DNA of 52,178 nt from a virus (taxonomy: Duplodnaviria > Caudoviricetes). Shown piece by piece: positions 36,690 to 46,289 of this stretch. Within the stretch, counting starts at the first letter, position 1. Each line of letters starts with the position of its first letter. The notes under the pieces were generated by a model. That model had not been told where the DNA came from, searched no databases, and was given only the letters and a program-made list of their open reading frames with translations. Location: the IMG/VR virus record IMGVR_UViG_3300034091_000652, positions 1 to 52,178 of that record, one strand, 5' to 3'. The translations under genes and the position numbers were made by a program.

Positions 36690-36836
36690 TTAAAATGTCA
36701 CAACGTAGGTCAATGTCGCAGCGGACAACCAGTAAATGACTTTTCTCCATTCCTGGAATCCGTGTTGGCAATAGCCGATCGCCGCGAGAACGTCCATGAC
36801 GATCAGTAAAACCGGGAAAAACTTAGTTGACAGCAT
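36690..36836 (-). CDS. Small 2-TM protein
   Basis: Manual translation MLSTKFFPVLLIVMDVLAAIGY...WRKVIYWLSAATLTYVVTF*. Confidence 0.6.
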   Translation of the reverse strand: MLSTKFFPVLLIVMDVLAAIGYCQHGFQEWRKVIYWLSAATLTYVVTF

Positions 36837-36958
36837 TCGCAACTTTCCTTAGCTTCCCTTCTAGGAGCATCTCGATTAGGGAGATGATGTCTGTAAATGT
36901 AATTCCCCTTTCGTCTAATTTAACCTGCAAATGACGCGGGATTGAGAGCGCCACTCCG

Positions 36959-37443
<485 letters not shown>

Positions 37444-37444
<1 letters not shown>

Positions 37445-37638
37445 TATCCCTTATCCTTATATTCGGGCTTTAAAGTATAAGTGCCAGGACCGTCTTTGAT
37501 CAATTTGGCGGTTGCCGCCTTAGGGTTGGTGGCAGCAAGACTGTCTTGGAACTCCTCGGCGGTAAATCCAACAGGGACGTTGTATTCCCTGCCTTCAAAT
37601 TTAATTGTGATATCGGTTTTCTCTGTCATCGTTTTCAC
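37444..37638 (-). CDS. Ubiquitin-like protein, PRTRC system protein C-like
   Basis: FEGRE...FTAEEFQDSLAATNPKAATA...ending KDKG; in an operon with ThiF and E2-like genes. Confidence 0.72.
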
Positions 37639-37655
37639 TCCTCATATTGGTTGGG

Positions 37656-37946
37656 TCAAAATGCGCTTAATTCCTCTTTCACATCTCCAGAAGTGAGAGA
37701 GGATGCCGATGCTTTACCTGCAGGCTGAGCTGTCCGAGTTGCTTCACGTGTTTGTTTTTCAATTTCTGCTATTAAAGCTATGCGATCAGCATCCGGAAGT
37801 GAGCCAAGGGAAACCTTTTCTGTGCTGAATTCATCACCCACAGAAACGGTGCGCGTGATCTGCTCCGGAAGGCGAATTAGACCGGGGACAAGCTGGGCCG
37901 GATCGATCTTGAAATGGTGTGCGATTTGAATCCTAATTTCTGCCAT
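37656..37946 (-). CDS. Hypothetical protein within the PRTRC-like cassette
   Basis: AGGAG RBS before MAEIRIQ. Confidence 0.6.
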   Translation of the reverse strand: MAEIRIQIAHHFKIDPAQLVPGLIRLPEQITRTVSVGDEFSTEKVSLGSLPDADRIALIAEIEKQTREATRTAQPAGKASASSLTSGDVKEELSAF

Positions 37947-37966
37947 TGGTCTATCTCCTTTAGTGG

Positions 37967-38773
37967 TTAACGTGATAGATAATCTCGAGTGATAAATTCC
38001 GGCGCCATCCATCCCTTCGAGATATTAAAATAAATGGCCGGGGTTGTTAGATCACCTTTGATCAGAAGTTGGTGAAGAATTGTAAGCCCTGCAGCGGCCG
38101 CCCATTCGTTCGCGAAGACTCCTTGTTCAGCGAAGGGTGTATCGGCGCAGGAGGGCGCCTTTTTCTTTGGAGTTTTCAGTTTGGACATACCGAAAGCAAG
38201 GAAAGGGCTTGGGAGGTTTCCTACAGTTGGCTTTTTCTCCCAATCATTTACTTCGACCGAAAGAAGCTTCAGATCCTCTGTTGTCCCATAAAGCGCCTGA
38301 CCCGTCTCAACTCCATTCCCTAAGTCGAGCCATGGCCCCAGTCCTTTGCATGGTTTTCTTGCGGCTACCGTGTCGACGCAAGTGATGGTCAGCCGGTTAT
38401 GATCGTATCCCGTGACCACTTTCCCGGCTGCCCATGTAGACGTCGGAACGGTCTGAAAAGGAGGATTTCCTTTTAGCAAGTCCTCACCCTTTCCCTTGAC
38501 GAAAGCCCAGGCGATACCATATTGCTGGTTTAGTCTGGACGTCAGCGCTTCAGCTTTTCCCTGGCCGATCTCCCAGGGATGGAAGTTCTGCCGTGCGCAG
38601 TTCTTCTCTTCCACTATATCGGGATCCACGATGAGGACCTCGATATCAAGATGGTAGCCCGCGACCATCTTGGCGAGTCCCTGGGCAAGATAACTTCCGG
38701 TACCACCAGCGCCGATGATGAGTATTCTCTGGAATTGTAGTGCGATATGACTCTTCCTGTTTTGCGACTTCAT
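37967..38773 (-). CDS. ThiF/E1-like adenylyltransferase (PRTRC ThiF family)
   Basis: IIGAGGTGS, DPDIVEEKNCARQNF, ITCVD..AR, WLDLGN, PSCA...EQGVFAN. Confidence 0.9.
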   Translation of the reverse strand: MKSQNRKSHIALQFQRILIIGAGGTGSYLAQGLAKMVAGYHLDIEVLIVDPDIVEEKNCARQNFHPWEIGQGKAEALTSRLNQQYGIAWAFVKGKGEDLLKGNPPFQTVPTSTWAAGKVVTGYDHNRLTITCVDTVAARKPCKGLGPWLDLGNGVETGQALYGTTEDLKLLSVEVNDWEKKPTVGNLPSPFLAFGMSKLKTPKKKAPSCADTPFAEQGVFANEWAAAAGLTILHQLLIKGDLTTPAIYFNISKGWMAPEFITRDYLSR

Positions 38774-39405
38774 TTGAGGATATCCCTCCCCTTCCCAATC
38801 TGTTTCAATGTGTTAAGCGGACATGTCCCATTGTACTTTTTCACATAATCATGGAAGGGGATCTTCTCCAGTCCAACAATGTGATTGTGGTGATTAAATG
38901 GTGTGTCGAAGATGGTCTTTTCAACCGCCGCGCGGATATTGCCACCAATTGTTTTTTCAGTGCTACCAAGACAAAGAGAGGGACCCGTGAGATTGGGTAG
39001 CGGCAATTCATATAGGACGCTAGCGGGAGAGACACTCTTCTTTGCCAGACCCCACATCCGGATTGCAGATATCTTCTGGAGTGATCGATCAATTCCTGCC
39101 TCGATAGCGATCGCCGGAAGTGTAACGGCGATCGTGAGAAGTTTTTTCGACTTGCGATAAAGAAGATTGCGCGGACCGGATGGAAGTATAAAAAGGTAGT
39201 TTTCTAGACACGCTCCACTTTTCATCCATATAAGTCCAGGGAAAGGTCGGAAAGTCACATCCGAGCTGACGAACGCCATAAGCTGTTCGGGAGTTATTAT
39301 GAATCGCTTCTCAGCTCCTCCGGGTGTGAATTCTGAAAGGATTATCTCTTCCTCAAATATTGCTATCCCAAATAATTGTTTTTGCACATTATTCGCGGGG
39401 CTCAA
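38770..39405 (-). CDS. Prokaryotic E2-like protein (PRTRC protein B / Prok-E2_D-like)
   Basis: PGLIW, LYELPLPNL..SLCLGS, FDTPFNH. Confidence 0.78.
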   Translation of the reverse strand: MSPANNVQKQLFGIAIFEEEIILSEFTPGGAEKRFIITPEQLMAFVSSDVTFRPFPGLIWMKSGACLENYLFILPSGPRNLLYRKSKKLLTIAVTLPAIAIEAGIDRSLQKISAIRMWGLAKKSVSPASVLYELPLPNLTGPSLCLGSTEKTIGGNIRAAVEKTIFDTPFNHHNHIVGLEKIPFHDYVKKYNGTCPLNTLKQIGKGRDILK

Positions 39406-40484
39406 ATTGCACCTACCTTAATTCTTTGAAGAAGGGTCTGACTTTTGGGACTTATCCATTTAACCAGACGTTTATTGTTTGATTTTCGCCATACCTCGCA
39501 TAGCTCGTGTATGAAGATTTCTACTAAACCACCTTCATTCCATTCAAATTGATATGGATCAGGCATGGCGTTGATTAGTTCGCAAAACGCTTCCGCATAA
39601 GAAATCCCAAATTCGATATCTTCTTTGCGCGTGATATCAAATTCAGTGCCCATTCCTCCATCCGAGACAATAGGCCAATCGTTTTCCATATGTTCCGGGA
39701 AATGCTGGCATAGTGATGCGAAGAAATTTTCATACCAGTTGAATAATTTCCAGAGGTCATATGACTTTCCCCCTGGGAATTTTGTATAGACGTGGAGTAA
39801 TTCCTCGAAACCTATCTGTTCAATAAGGGAAACGTCCTTCGGATGAAGCTCAAAATGTGAATCATCACCATTCCGATCCTGCTCCTCGAAAAAATAAGTG
39901 AGGTGGCCGGCGATTGATTCGGCTCCGCTGAGAAACGCCATTACTGTAGCTGCCGCTTCATCATCATAGACGTAATGAGGAACCATCAATTGAAAGTGGC
40001 TTAGGTTTGAAATGGAATTGCAGTGCATCACGTCTTCAAGCAACATCCCGAGAGGATGGTAGTCAGCGAGCTCGCTGCAAAGAGGCCCAAGAAATTCCTC
40101 AATACCAATGTCTGAAAAAGCGCAATCCAAAAGGCGCGGATCTACCCCATCCTTCGTTTGGTAATAATCCCAGATAGCCTGAGTGGATTGAAACAGCCCT
40201 CGGTCCAAAACAAGAGGAGAAGGGATGATGGGCCTGGGTGGGGGCAGTGGGCGCTTACTCATACGGGGCGACGGATTGAATTTTGGACCTCTTCGGATAA
40301 TCCCTCTTCCAAAATGAGGTACGTTTCCCACATTGAGGTCGATTCCCGGGAAGGTTTCCTCCCACGGGCGAAGAAGGTCAGCAATATTGTTGACAGTCTG
40401 GAATAAAGCTCCATCTGGAGCGCTTTTCAGCCCTCCTTCTTCCAATGCGTTTTTTATACGGTGGGTAATGATGGAAATGTCCAT
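39402..40484 (-). CDS. Acidic hypothetical protein (occupies the PRTRC protein F position)
   Basis: 360-aa ORF between ParB and the E2-like gene; role inferred from position only. Confidence 0.6.
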   Translation of the reverse strand: MDISIITHRIKNALEEGGLKSAPDGALFQTVNNIADLLRPWEETFPGIDLNVGNVPHFGRGIIRRGPKFNPSPRMSKRPLPPPRPIIPSPLVLDRGLFQSTQAIWDYYQTKDGVDPRLLDCAFSDIGIEEFLGPLCSELADYHPLGMLLEDVMHCNSISNLSHFQLMVPHYVYDDEAAATVMAFLSGAESIAGHLTYFFEEQDRNGDDSHFELHPKDVSLIEQIGFEELLHVYTKFPGGKSYDLWKLFNWYENFFASLCQHFPEHMENDWPIVSDGGMGTEFDITRKEDIEFGISYAEAFCELINAMPDPYQFEWNEGGLVEIFIHELCEVWRKSNNKRLVKWISPKSQTLLQRIKVGAI

Positions 40485-40485
40485 A

Positions 40486-42300
40486 TTATTTACCGAGGAC
40501 TTCGGCCGGGACTCTTCCCTTGAGTTGCATTCCACTCTTCATGATGATATCGATCAGGTGCTCTTTCTTGAGAGACAGAAGGGCTTTACCCCTGAAATGT
40601 TTCTTTCGATACGCCTGGGTCTTTTCATCCTTCCAGATCCCCACACTTGATTCTTCGCCGATTCTGACGATCTCGCTTTTATTTAGAGACTCTAGGTATT
40701 CTTTAGTCAATGTCCATTCCTGGACAAGGCTTATCCCGAAATTGTCTGCAACTATACGCCGGACTGCCGGCGAAACCGAATGATGAAGAATGTGTTTAAC
40801 TGCCGCAGAACGCAATGTTTCGTGAAGATGCTCTTCGGGGAGATCATCAAATATCTTTTTGGCAAAATCATCAGATTTGCAATCAGTCGCAATTCCTTCC
40901 TTTATTCCAATGAGTTCTCTGGAGGCTGAAGAAGCAAGAGCAAGGGAAAGAATTATGAGACGCCGGACTTGATTGTTGTTAGGAGCGCATGCATTGATCT
41001 TCTCCCACAGAACATCTTGGAAAAAGCTTTCGCGATATCTTTCGCCACGTGGACCATTAAAAACAGGTCCTGTCTCTTCAAGAGGAGAGTTTTTTGAAGG
41101 GGCTTTCTTTTTCCCGTGCTGCTCCAGGATTTGTTTTGCCGCGGCAGGCGTTTCACTTTTCCCTTGCTTTGTTTCAGGTCCGGGTTCTTTCGTCTCAGTT
41201 TCTGCCGCTTTCGTTTCTTTTTCCTTGGGTGCTGCGGCCGCTTCTCGATATAATTCCTCGAAGCATGCGACGGGCCCCGTACAGCTGCGCGCATACCCTC
41301 CAACCACGGTGCCATTTAAGCGAAGAATACTCACAAATCTATCGCAATCCAGGCAACGAGTTGCCGCGTTCTCGAAAACGATTGCCTCGCAACGGTCCTG
41401 GCCAAGTCGGTGACCGAAACGATATCCGCGAGTACCATATGCCTCAGCTGCTTTACTCTTTATCCAATTCTCTGTGAAGAAATTCCCCTGTTTTGCTTCA
41501 TAACATTGAGCATTCCCGCATTTCCCCCCTTGTGCTGAATCAGCAAAGAGACCACTCTGCACCGCGCCGTTGAAGTGGCAGATCTGGCATTCTTCTTTAT
41601 CAAAAAAAGCCCGGTCGAGATCAGGAGAAATGGTGCCGATGCGTTCGGCTAGTTCCCGGGTAGAGAGTTTCAGGCGTATGCATGCGGTGAGAAGATCCAG
41701 GATCTGAGTGCGATCATCGAGACGAGTGAACATCTCGGCGTGGGATTGAGTTATCTTGCCGTCTTTCCATGCGGAAAGCGCCTCATCTGGCAAATCAAGA
41801 ATGCGGACTTGGCGGCGAATGGCATGTGGTGGTATCCCGGTGCGCATCGAGAGCTCTGTCACACTCTCGCCGGCATTGCCATGTCTCTCAAGATAAGTGC
41901 GGAAGGCCTGGGCCGTCTCAAAGGGGGTAAGATCATCCCGTTGTAGGTTTTCAATCAGCATCAGGTCGAAAGCGTCGTCTTCTGAGATTTCCCGCACCAT
42001 ACAGGGAAGTTCATATTCATATTGTTCAATGCCTAACTCTTCGGCCGCTTGACATGCCGCGCGGTAACGGCGCTCACCTGCGATGATTTCAAACCCTCCC
42101 TCAATTGGGCGAACAAGAAGAGGTTCAATCACACCTTTTCCCTTCACTGATATCACCAGCTCATCGAATCGTGCTTGGCGCTGTTGGGTCATATTTTCAG
42201 TGAATCGCCTGGCATTGTAGTTATTAATTGCTAGGTTACATAATGGGATGAAGGCAAAATTTGCATCAGGTTTAATTGTTTTCGCGTCAGGACTGTCCAT
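40486..42300 (-). CDS. ParB/RepB/Spo0J family protein (long PRTRC-type ParB)
   Basis: GVIEPLLVRP, IIAGERRYRA, LIENLQRDDLTPFE, HTH, CxxC...C...C; GAGGA RBS before MDSPD. Confidence 0.9.
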   Translation of the reverse strand: MDSPDAKTIKPDANFAFIPLCNLAINNYNARRFTENMTQQRQARFDELVISVKGKGVIEPLLVRPIEGGFEIIAGERRYRAACQAAEELGIEQYEYELPCMVREISEDDAFDLMLIENLQRDDLTPFETAQAFRTYLERHGNAGESVTELSMRTGIPPHAIRRQVRILDLPDEALSAWKDGKITQSHAEMFTRLDDRTQILDLLTACIRLKLSTRELAERIGTISPDLDRAFFDKEECQICHFNGAVQSGLFADSAQGGKCGNAQCYEAKQGNFFTENWIKSKAAEAYGTRGYRFGHRLGQDRCEAIVFENAATRCLDCDRFVSILRLNGTVVGGYARSCTGPVACFEELYREAAAAPKEKETKAAETETKEPGPETKQGKSETPAAAKQILEQHGKKKAPSKNSPLEETGPVFNGPRGERYRESFFQDVLWEKINACAPNNNQVRRLIILSLALASSASRELIGIKEGIATDCKSDDFAKKIFDDLPEEHLHETLRSAAVKHILHHSVSPAVRRIVADNFGISLVQEWTLTKEYLESLNKSEIVRIGEESSVGIWKDEKTQAYRKKHFRGKALLSLKKEHLIDIIMKSGMQLKGRVPAEVLGK

Positions 42301-42316
42301 TTTTATCCTCTCGATT

Positions 42317-42484
42317 TTAATAATCTTCAGCTTTTTCTTTGGCCAAATCGCGACAAGTGAAGCAGACTGTCTTGCGGAGGTTAACGGCCCAAAAATCTGC
42401 CTCTTTATGGTTGCGGCAGTAAAGGGTGTGTTTTTCAGTGTGGCCACAACGGTGTGTGATAAATCTTTGGTACTCGTATCTCAT
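42317..42484 (-). CDS. Small Zn-ribbon protein, not in the ORF track
   Basis: MRYEYQRFITHRCGHTE...VCFTCRD (55 aa); GAGGGG RBS. Confidence 0.55.
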   Translation of the reverse strand: MRYEYQRFITHRCGHTEKHTLYCRNHKEADFWAVNLRKTVCFTCRDLAKEKAEDY

Positions 42485-42835
42485 CTAACCCCTCTTGATG
42501 CATTTGTCATAAACTTCATTAATTCTGATGATTAATGATTCAATGTCTCTTTTGCCCCAGAATGAATCCCTTCCCATCTCTCCGAATTTTTCGTGGCATC
42601 CCTTCCCGCGGATTGTGAAGCAGCATAGAGGAAGCGCTCGGCGATCACTAGTTTTGCTTCCCTTCGCCCCATGACCTTTTGCGGGTTGGTGGTGTGCTAC
42701 AATTCCCTGGCGCTTGCCATTATCATCAAGCCAACCAACGGCACCGCATTTTGCGCAGGGGAGGAAGATGATCCAATCAAGGAAATCTTGGTCTCGTTCA
42801 GGAAGCTCCTTGAAGAGCGATTGAACAAGTGTCAT
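42485..42835 (-). CDS. DUF968/HNHc-like Zn-binding putative nuclease
   Basis: LPCAKCG...VAHH...SDRRALPLC...CH. Confidence 0.72.
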   Translation of the reverse strand: MTLVQSLFKELPERDQDFLDWIIFLPCAKCGAVGWLDDNGKRQGIVAHHQPAKGHGAKGSKTSDRRALPLCCFTIRGKGCHEKFGEMGRDSFWGKRDIESLIIRINEVYDKCIKRG

Positions 42836-43071
42836 GATGGCTCAAGCAACTCGACGGTTGCGGCCATTATCCACATCTGCAAGATTGGTTTTTCCTTTTG
42901 TTCTTTCATAAGTTTAATCATGACTTCGAGTTCACTTTCCCCGGATTGTTTTATGATCATCTTGATAGCGGTTTGGATTTCTGATATTCTTTGCTCAAAT
43001 TTATCCGGGAATAGTGCTTTCAAGGAACCCCTCGCATCATATAATTTCGCAACCATTTGAATTTTGTTCAT
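42832..43071 (-). CDS. Hypothetical protein
   Basis: 4-nt overlaps with both neighbours; GAGG RBS. Confidence 0.6.
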   Translation of the reverse strand: MNKIQMVAKLYDARGSLKALFPDKFEQRISEIQTAIKMIIKQSGESELEVMIKLMKEQKEKPILQMWIMAATVELLEPS

Positions 43072-43565
43072 TTACCGTAAACCTCTTTTACAAAATTAAT
43101 TGCTTCATGTGCTCCTTTACATACACCCACAATCCAGCCGAATGATTGGAGCAATGCAATCCATCCTTCTTGTTCTTCGGATACAACGCCACCTTTTAAC
43201 CTCTTAAGCTCCACTACCACTCCCGGGGCACCTTTAGTTGGACGCAAAATGAAGTTATCAGGAACTCCTCTTTTCACTCCCTGGGCTTTCAATTTGCCTG
43301 CAACAGCCTTGCTTCTTTTCCCTCCATTTGGGACATGAAACCATTCTCCGTGAAAGTAAAGATCGAGATATTGAGCGAATGCTATCTGCTCGGCTTCCTC
43401 TGTTTCTACCCTCATCCCATCTTTGGACGAAACCGCTCTAGTTTCTGACGGTTTCGCCCGATCTTTTGCTAAGCAACCGATTCTACAAGATTTGCATGTT
43501 GGGTGATCTAGGCTAAATTCTCTGCCAACAGGGCAAAGATTTGAATCGAAGCTGGGCTTTCCCAT
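43068..43565 (-). CDS. VRR-NUC (PD-D/ExK) nuclease, possible Holliday junction resolvase
   Basis: EEAEQ, FHVPNGGKR, GVKRGVPD, VELK, SEEQ. Confidence 0.88.
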   Translation of the reverse strand: MGKPSFDSNLCPVGREFSLDHPTCKSCRIGCLAKDRAKPSETRAVSSKDGMRVETEEAEQIAFAQYLDLYFHGEWFHVPNGGKRSKAVAGKLKAQGVKRGVPDNFILRPTKGAPGVVVELKRLKGGVVSEEQEGWIALLQSFGWIVGVCKGAHEAINFVKEVYGK

Positions 43566-43924
43566 TACGCCTTTCCGCCAGGGAATTTAACCGTATTGAG
43601 ACTGTTGCTCATATCCAGATGAAGCTGCTCCGGGCAATGCTCAAATGCCACTCCCTTACCCTTCTCTTTGCCGATGTAAAACATTGTTGAGCAGCCATGA
43701 ACTGGCTGAAGCTTGGAGGAGCATGTGACATCTACTTTCGCAGTCGCTCCATCCGGGGAAGGCTCAATCCTCACCTTTAAAGTGATTTCCCTTCTCCCTT
43801 CACTCGAGTTGGGATCTATGATGTTGTCAAGAACGCGCTGGAGCTCTTCGTCAAACCTTTCAATAGCTCCCCCTCGAGCCAGGCCGAGCAGGGAAACCTT
43901 GTCTTCTTCTCCAAATCCGCTCAT
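43565..43924 (-). CDS. Conserved phage protein (family often labelled replication terminator-like)
   Basis: LARGGAIERFDEELQRVLDNIIDPN...REITLKV. Confidence 0.65.
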   Translation of the reverse strand: MSGFGEEDKVSLLGLARGGAIERFDEELQRVLDNIIDPNSSEGRREITLKVRIEPSPDGATAKVDVTCSSKLQPVHGCSTMFYIGKEKGKGVAFEHCPEQLHLDMSNSLNTVKFPGGKA

Positions 43925-44085
43925 TTCTTTTTTCCTTTCAATTGGTTTTTGCTCCCATCAATCGCATAAGGGAAAGCTATGTGCTGATACTCTTTGCCTC
44001 TTTCGCAATCAGTGCAGGATCTGCATCTTGTGTTAAGAGGGTTAAAGGTCAATCGTCCAACTGGGCAATGGATGATGTGTGCCAT

Positions 44086-44421
44086 TTAAAACTGGCCTTG
44101 ATCATCGTCATAATCATAACGAGCTGTCCAGTCGCGATCTGCCAATATCTTCATGTGGGCCTTGTCTTCAGGCGTCCATTCGCTCACGGGTTTTAACCGG
44201 ATTTCCTCAGCTTTCTGGTAAAACTTTTCCTTTTGCCATGCCAGGTTGCCGGCCGCTTCCGATTTGGCAACTTTGTATTGCCTCACTGCATTATCTGCTA
44301 ATCGATGAGCGGCCTTCCTCATTTCGTTAACTTCTGAAAGTGTCATGTCTTGATCACTGGAAAGGGCGATCTCGAAATGACAATAATCGTATGACAACAT
44401 CACTTTTACGCTTGCGTTCAT
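44086..44421 (-). CDS. Hypothetical protein
   Basis: 111-aa ORF with GGAG RBS. Confidence 0.65.
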   Translation of the reverse strand: MNASVKVMLSYDYCHFEIALSSDQDMTLSEVNEMRKAAHRLADNAVRQYKVAKSEAAGNLAWQKEKFYQKAEEIRLKPVSEWTPEDKAHMKILADRDWTARYDYDDDQGQF

Positions 44422-44449
44422 ATCTCCATCCTTTTAATTGAGATTCCTC

Positions 44450-45589
44450 TTACCGCGCCGCCAGGGGACGCGACTGACGGCGCGGCTGCTCTGCCCGCAT
44501 GCAGGAGGGTGCTTTCGGGGGATTTTGCAGAACATATTGTGATCTGATTTCTTCTGCTGATTTTATATAAACGGCTCCGTCCAGGACTGCTTCAAGCGAA
44601 CGTGAACCATTGCAATGTTTCATATATCCCAGAAAGCTCATTATGCTGGAACGAATCCGGTCTAGCCCGATCATTCCTTTCCCATAGAGATCAGCGAGAT
44701 GCTTAAATCTTTTCCTAGCGCATTTAACAGTGCGTTTGCGAGGCTTTGTATGACCGGGCCAGATCCTGTAACCGCAGAAATCAATGGCATGGCATGACGT
44801 TTCGCCAGATTTGAATATTGAGGTTTTGGGATTCAAGGAAAGATGAAGGCGATCGGTAATGAATGATTCAATGTCTGCAAGAAGCTTTCTGAGATATTCC
44901 TTGTCCGGGTGAACTACAAGGAAATCATCCATATAGCGAGCATACATTTTCACGCCCAGGGTGTCTTTTATATAATGGTCTAGGGAGTCCATGTAGACAT
45001 TCGCGAATAATTGGCTTGTCAGCGCGCCGATTGGAATACCGCTGCGATCCCCGTCAACCATCACAATTCTTTCAATAAGCCAAAGAACGTTTTTGTCTGA
45101 AATTGTCCTCCGGATGATATCCATCAATATGTGACGATCGATGCTGTGAAAATATGATTTTATGTCGGCCTTTAGGACATAATATTCACCCCATTTTTTA
45201 TGAGCCGAAATCGCGAAGGCCTCGGCGCGCTCCTTTGCTGCGTGAGTCCCCTTCCCCTTGCGACATGCGTAAGAATCAGAAATAAATTTACGCTCAAAGA
45301 GAGGCTCGATCACCCGGATCAGAGCATGATGAACAACCCGATCTTTAAAGGGAGGTGCACTGATAAGGCGTTTCTTGGGATCGTGCACATAGAATTCATG
45401 ATAAGAGGAGGGTTTCCACTCCTTCCAAAGCAATTGGTTAAGAGAATTGATGAGGTTCTCCTCAAGGCACTTTTGATAATTAAGGGCTGCATCACTGAAT
45501 CTTTTGTTTCGGGAAGCAGCTCGATATCCTTGATAAAGATTTTCAAAGTTTGCGATTCTTTCCCAGAGGTTGCTATGGGTGATGGGCAT
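44450..45589 (-). CDS. DGR reverse transcriptase
   Basis: FKDRVVHHA, SYACRKGKGTH, KADIKSYF, GIPIGALTSQ (DGR-type SQ), YARYMDDF, DFCGY; GGAG RBS before MPITH. Confidence 0.95.
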   Translation of the reverse strand: MPITHSNLWERIANFENLYQGYRAASRNKRFSDAALNYQKCLEENLINSLNQLLWKEWKPSSYHEFYVHDPKKRLISAPPFKDRVVHHALIRVIEPLFERKFISDSYACRKGKGTHAAKERAEAFAISAHKKWGEYYVLKADIKSYFHSIDRHILMDIIRRTISDKNVLWLIERIVMVDGDRSGIPIGALTSQLFANVYMDSLDHYIKDTLGVKMYARYMDDFLVVHPDKEYLRKLLADIESFITDRLHLSLNPKTSIFKSGETSCHAIDFCGYRIWPGHTKPRKRTVKCARKRFKHLADLYGKGMIGLDRIRSSIMSFLGYMKHCNGSRSLEAVLDGAVYIKSAEEIRSQYVLQNPPKAPSCMRAEQPRRQSRPLAAR

Positions 45590-45757
45590 TCTCTTCTCCA
45601 ATTTAAATTGGTGGCTACCATTTTCCCTTTTCAGGAGGTACTTATCGTAGCCATTCCAGTACTGCCAATTTGTGCTTTCAAAGGCACAGGAATAAAGCTC
45701 CTTTTGCCTGCGCGCTGAAAGCGTCTCGTGAGAACACTTTATCCGGCTACAGGCGAG

Positions 45758-45869
45758 AGCGGGCCGGAATCCAAGATCGTTGTTCGCATTCGAGCGCTCA
45801 TAGTTCAAGTTCAGCGCAGCCACGCCGGCGTTGTCACCGTTGTTCCAGCCGCCGCCACGGATCGGCAGA
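45758..45869 (-). repeat. DGR template repeat (TR)
   Basis: 112 bp, AAC-rich; aligns without gaps to 46302-46413 with 11 mismatches, 10 at TR adenines. Confidence 0.95.
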
Positions 45870-45876
45870 AATAGCC

Positions 45877-46215
45877 TTACCCCTTTTTCGCATGCTTCAC
45901 CCAGCCACCGAGCATTCTCCCAATTTCTGCAAGATGGCCGGCCCATATTTCATATTTCGCGAATGGCAAAAATCCCATTTCCATTGCTAGGCGCACCTGA
46001 GTTCGCAATACTTCCAATTCGATGTCGATCGCAAAGAGATCATCTCGTTTATCGCGGTTTCGGTTTGCTCTAATGATCGATCCAAGCATGCCAAACATTG
46101 TCTTTTTGATATCCATCCCGAGTGAGAATTTCTCGCTTTTCGGGAATTGTCTAAGTGCGATGTATCCATACTTGATCATGTCTTCGGTTTTTTGTTTGAT
46201 TTTCAGATTTTCCAT
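45877..46215 (-). CDS. avd: DGR accessory variability determinant
   Basis: QFPKSEKFSLG..IK...ELEVLR..VRLA...EIGRMLGGW four-helix-bundle signature. Confidence 0.93.
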   Translation of the reverse strand: MENLKIKQKTEDMIKYGYIALRQFPKSEKFSLGMDIKKTMFGMLGSIIRANRNRDKRDDLFAIDIELEVLRTQVRLAMEMGFLPFAKYEIWAGHLAEIGRMLGGWVKHAKKG

Positions 46216-46230
46216 GGAGCCCTTCGGGCT

Positions 46231-46253
46231 GCAGGGGCAAAAACCGCCCCTGC
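46231..46253. promoter_or_regulatory. GC-rich hairpin downstream of VR/IMH
   Basis: GCAGGGGC-7 nt-GCCCCTGC, ~37 bp past the target stop; such hairpins assist DGR retrohoming. Confidence 0.7.
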
Positions 46254-46289
46254 GAACCCATTCAGATAGCCAGAAACTCAGAAACCAGA

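Noticed and set aside
44450-45589. Group II intron or retron RT
   Set aside because: The SQ motif, adjacent avd and TR/VR pair identify a DGR RT; no maturase/endonuclease extension is evident
44450-45946. 498-aa RT ORF that runs through the TR
   Set aside because: The extension simply reads the TR and spacer in frame; a GGAG RBS and a typical DGR RT N terminus support the start at 45589
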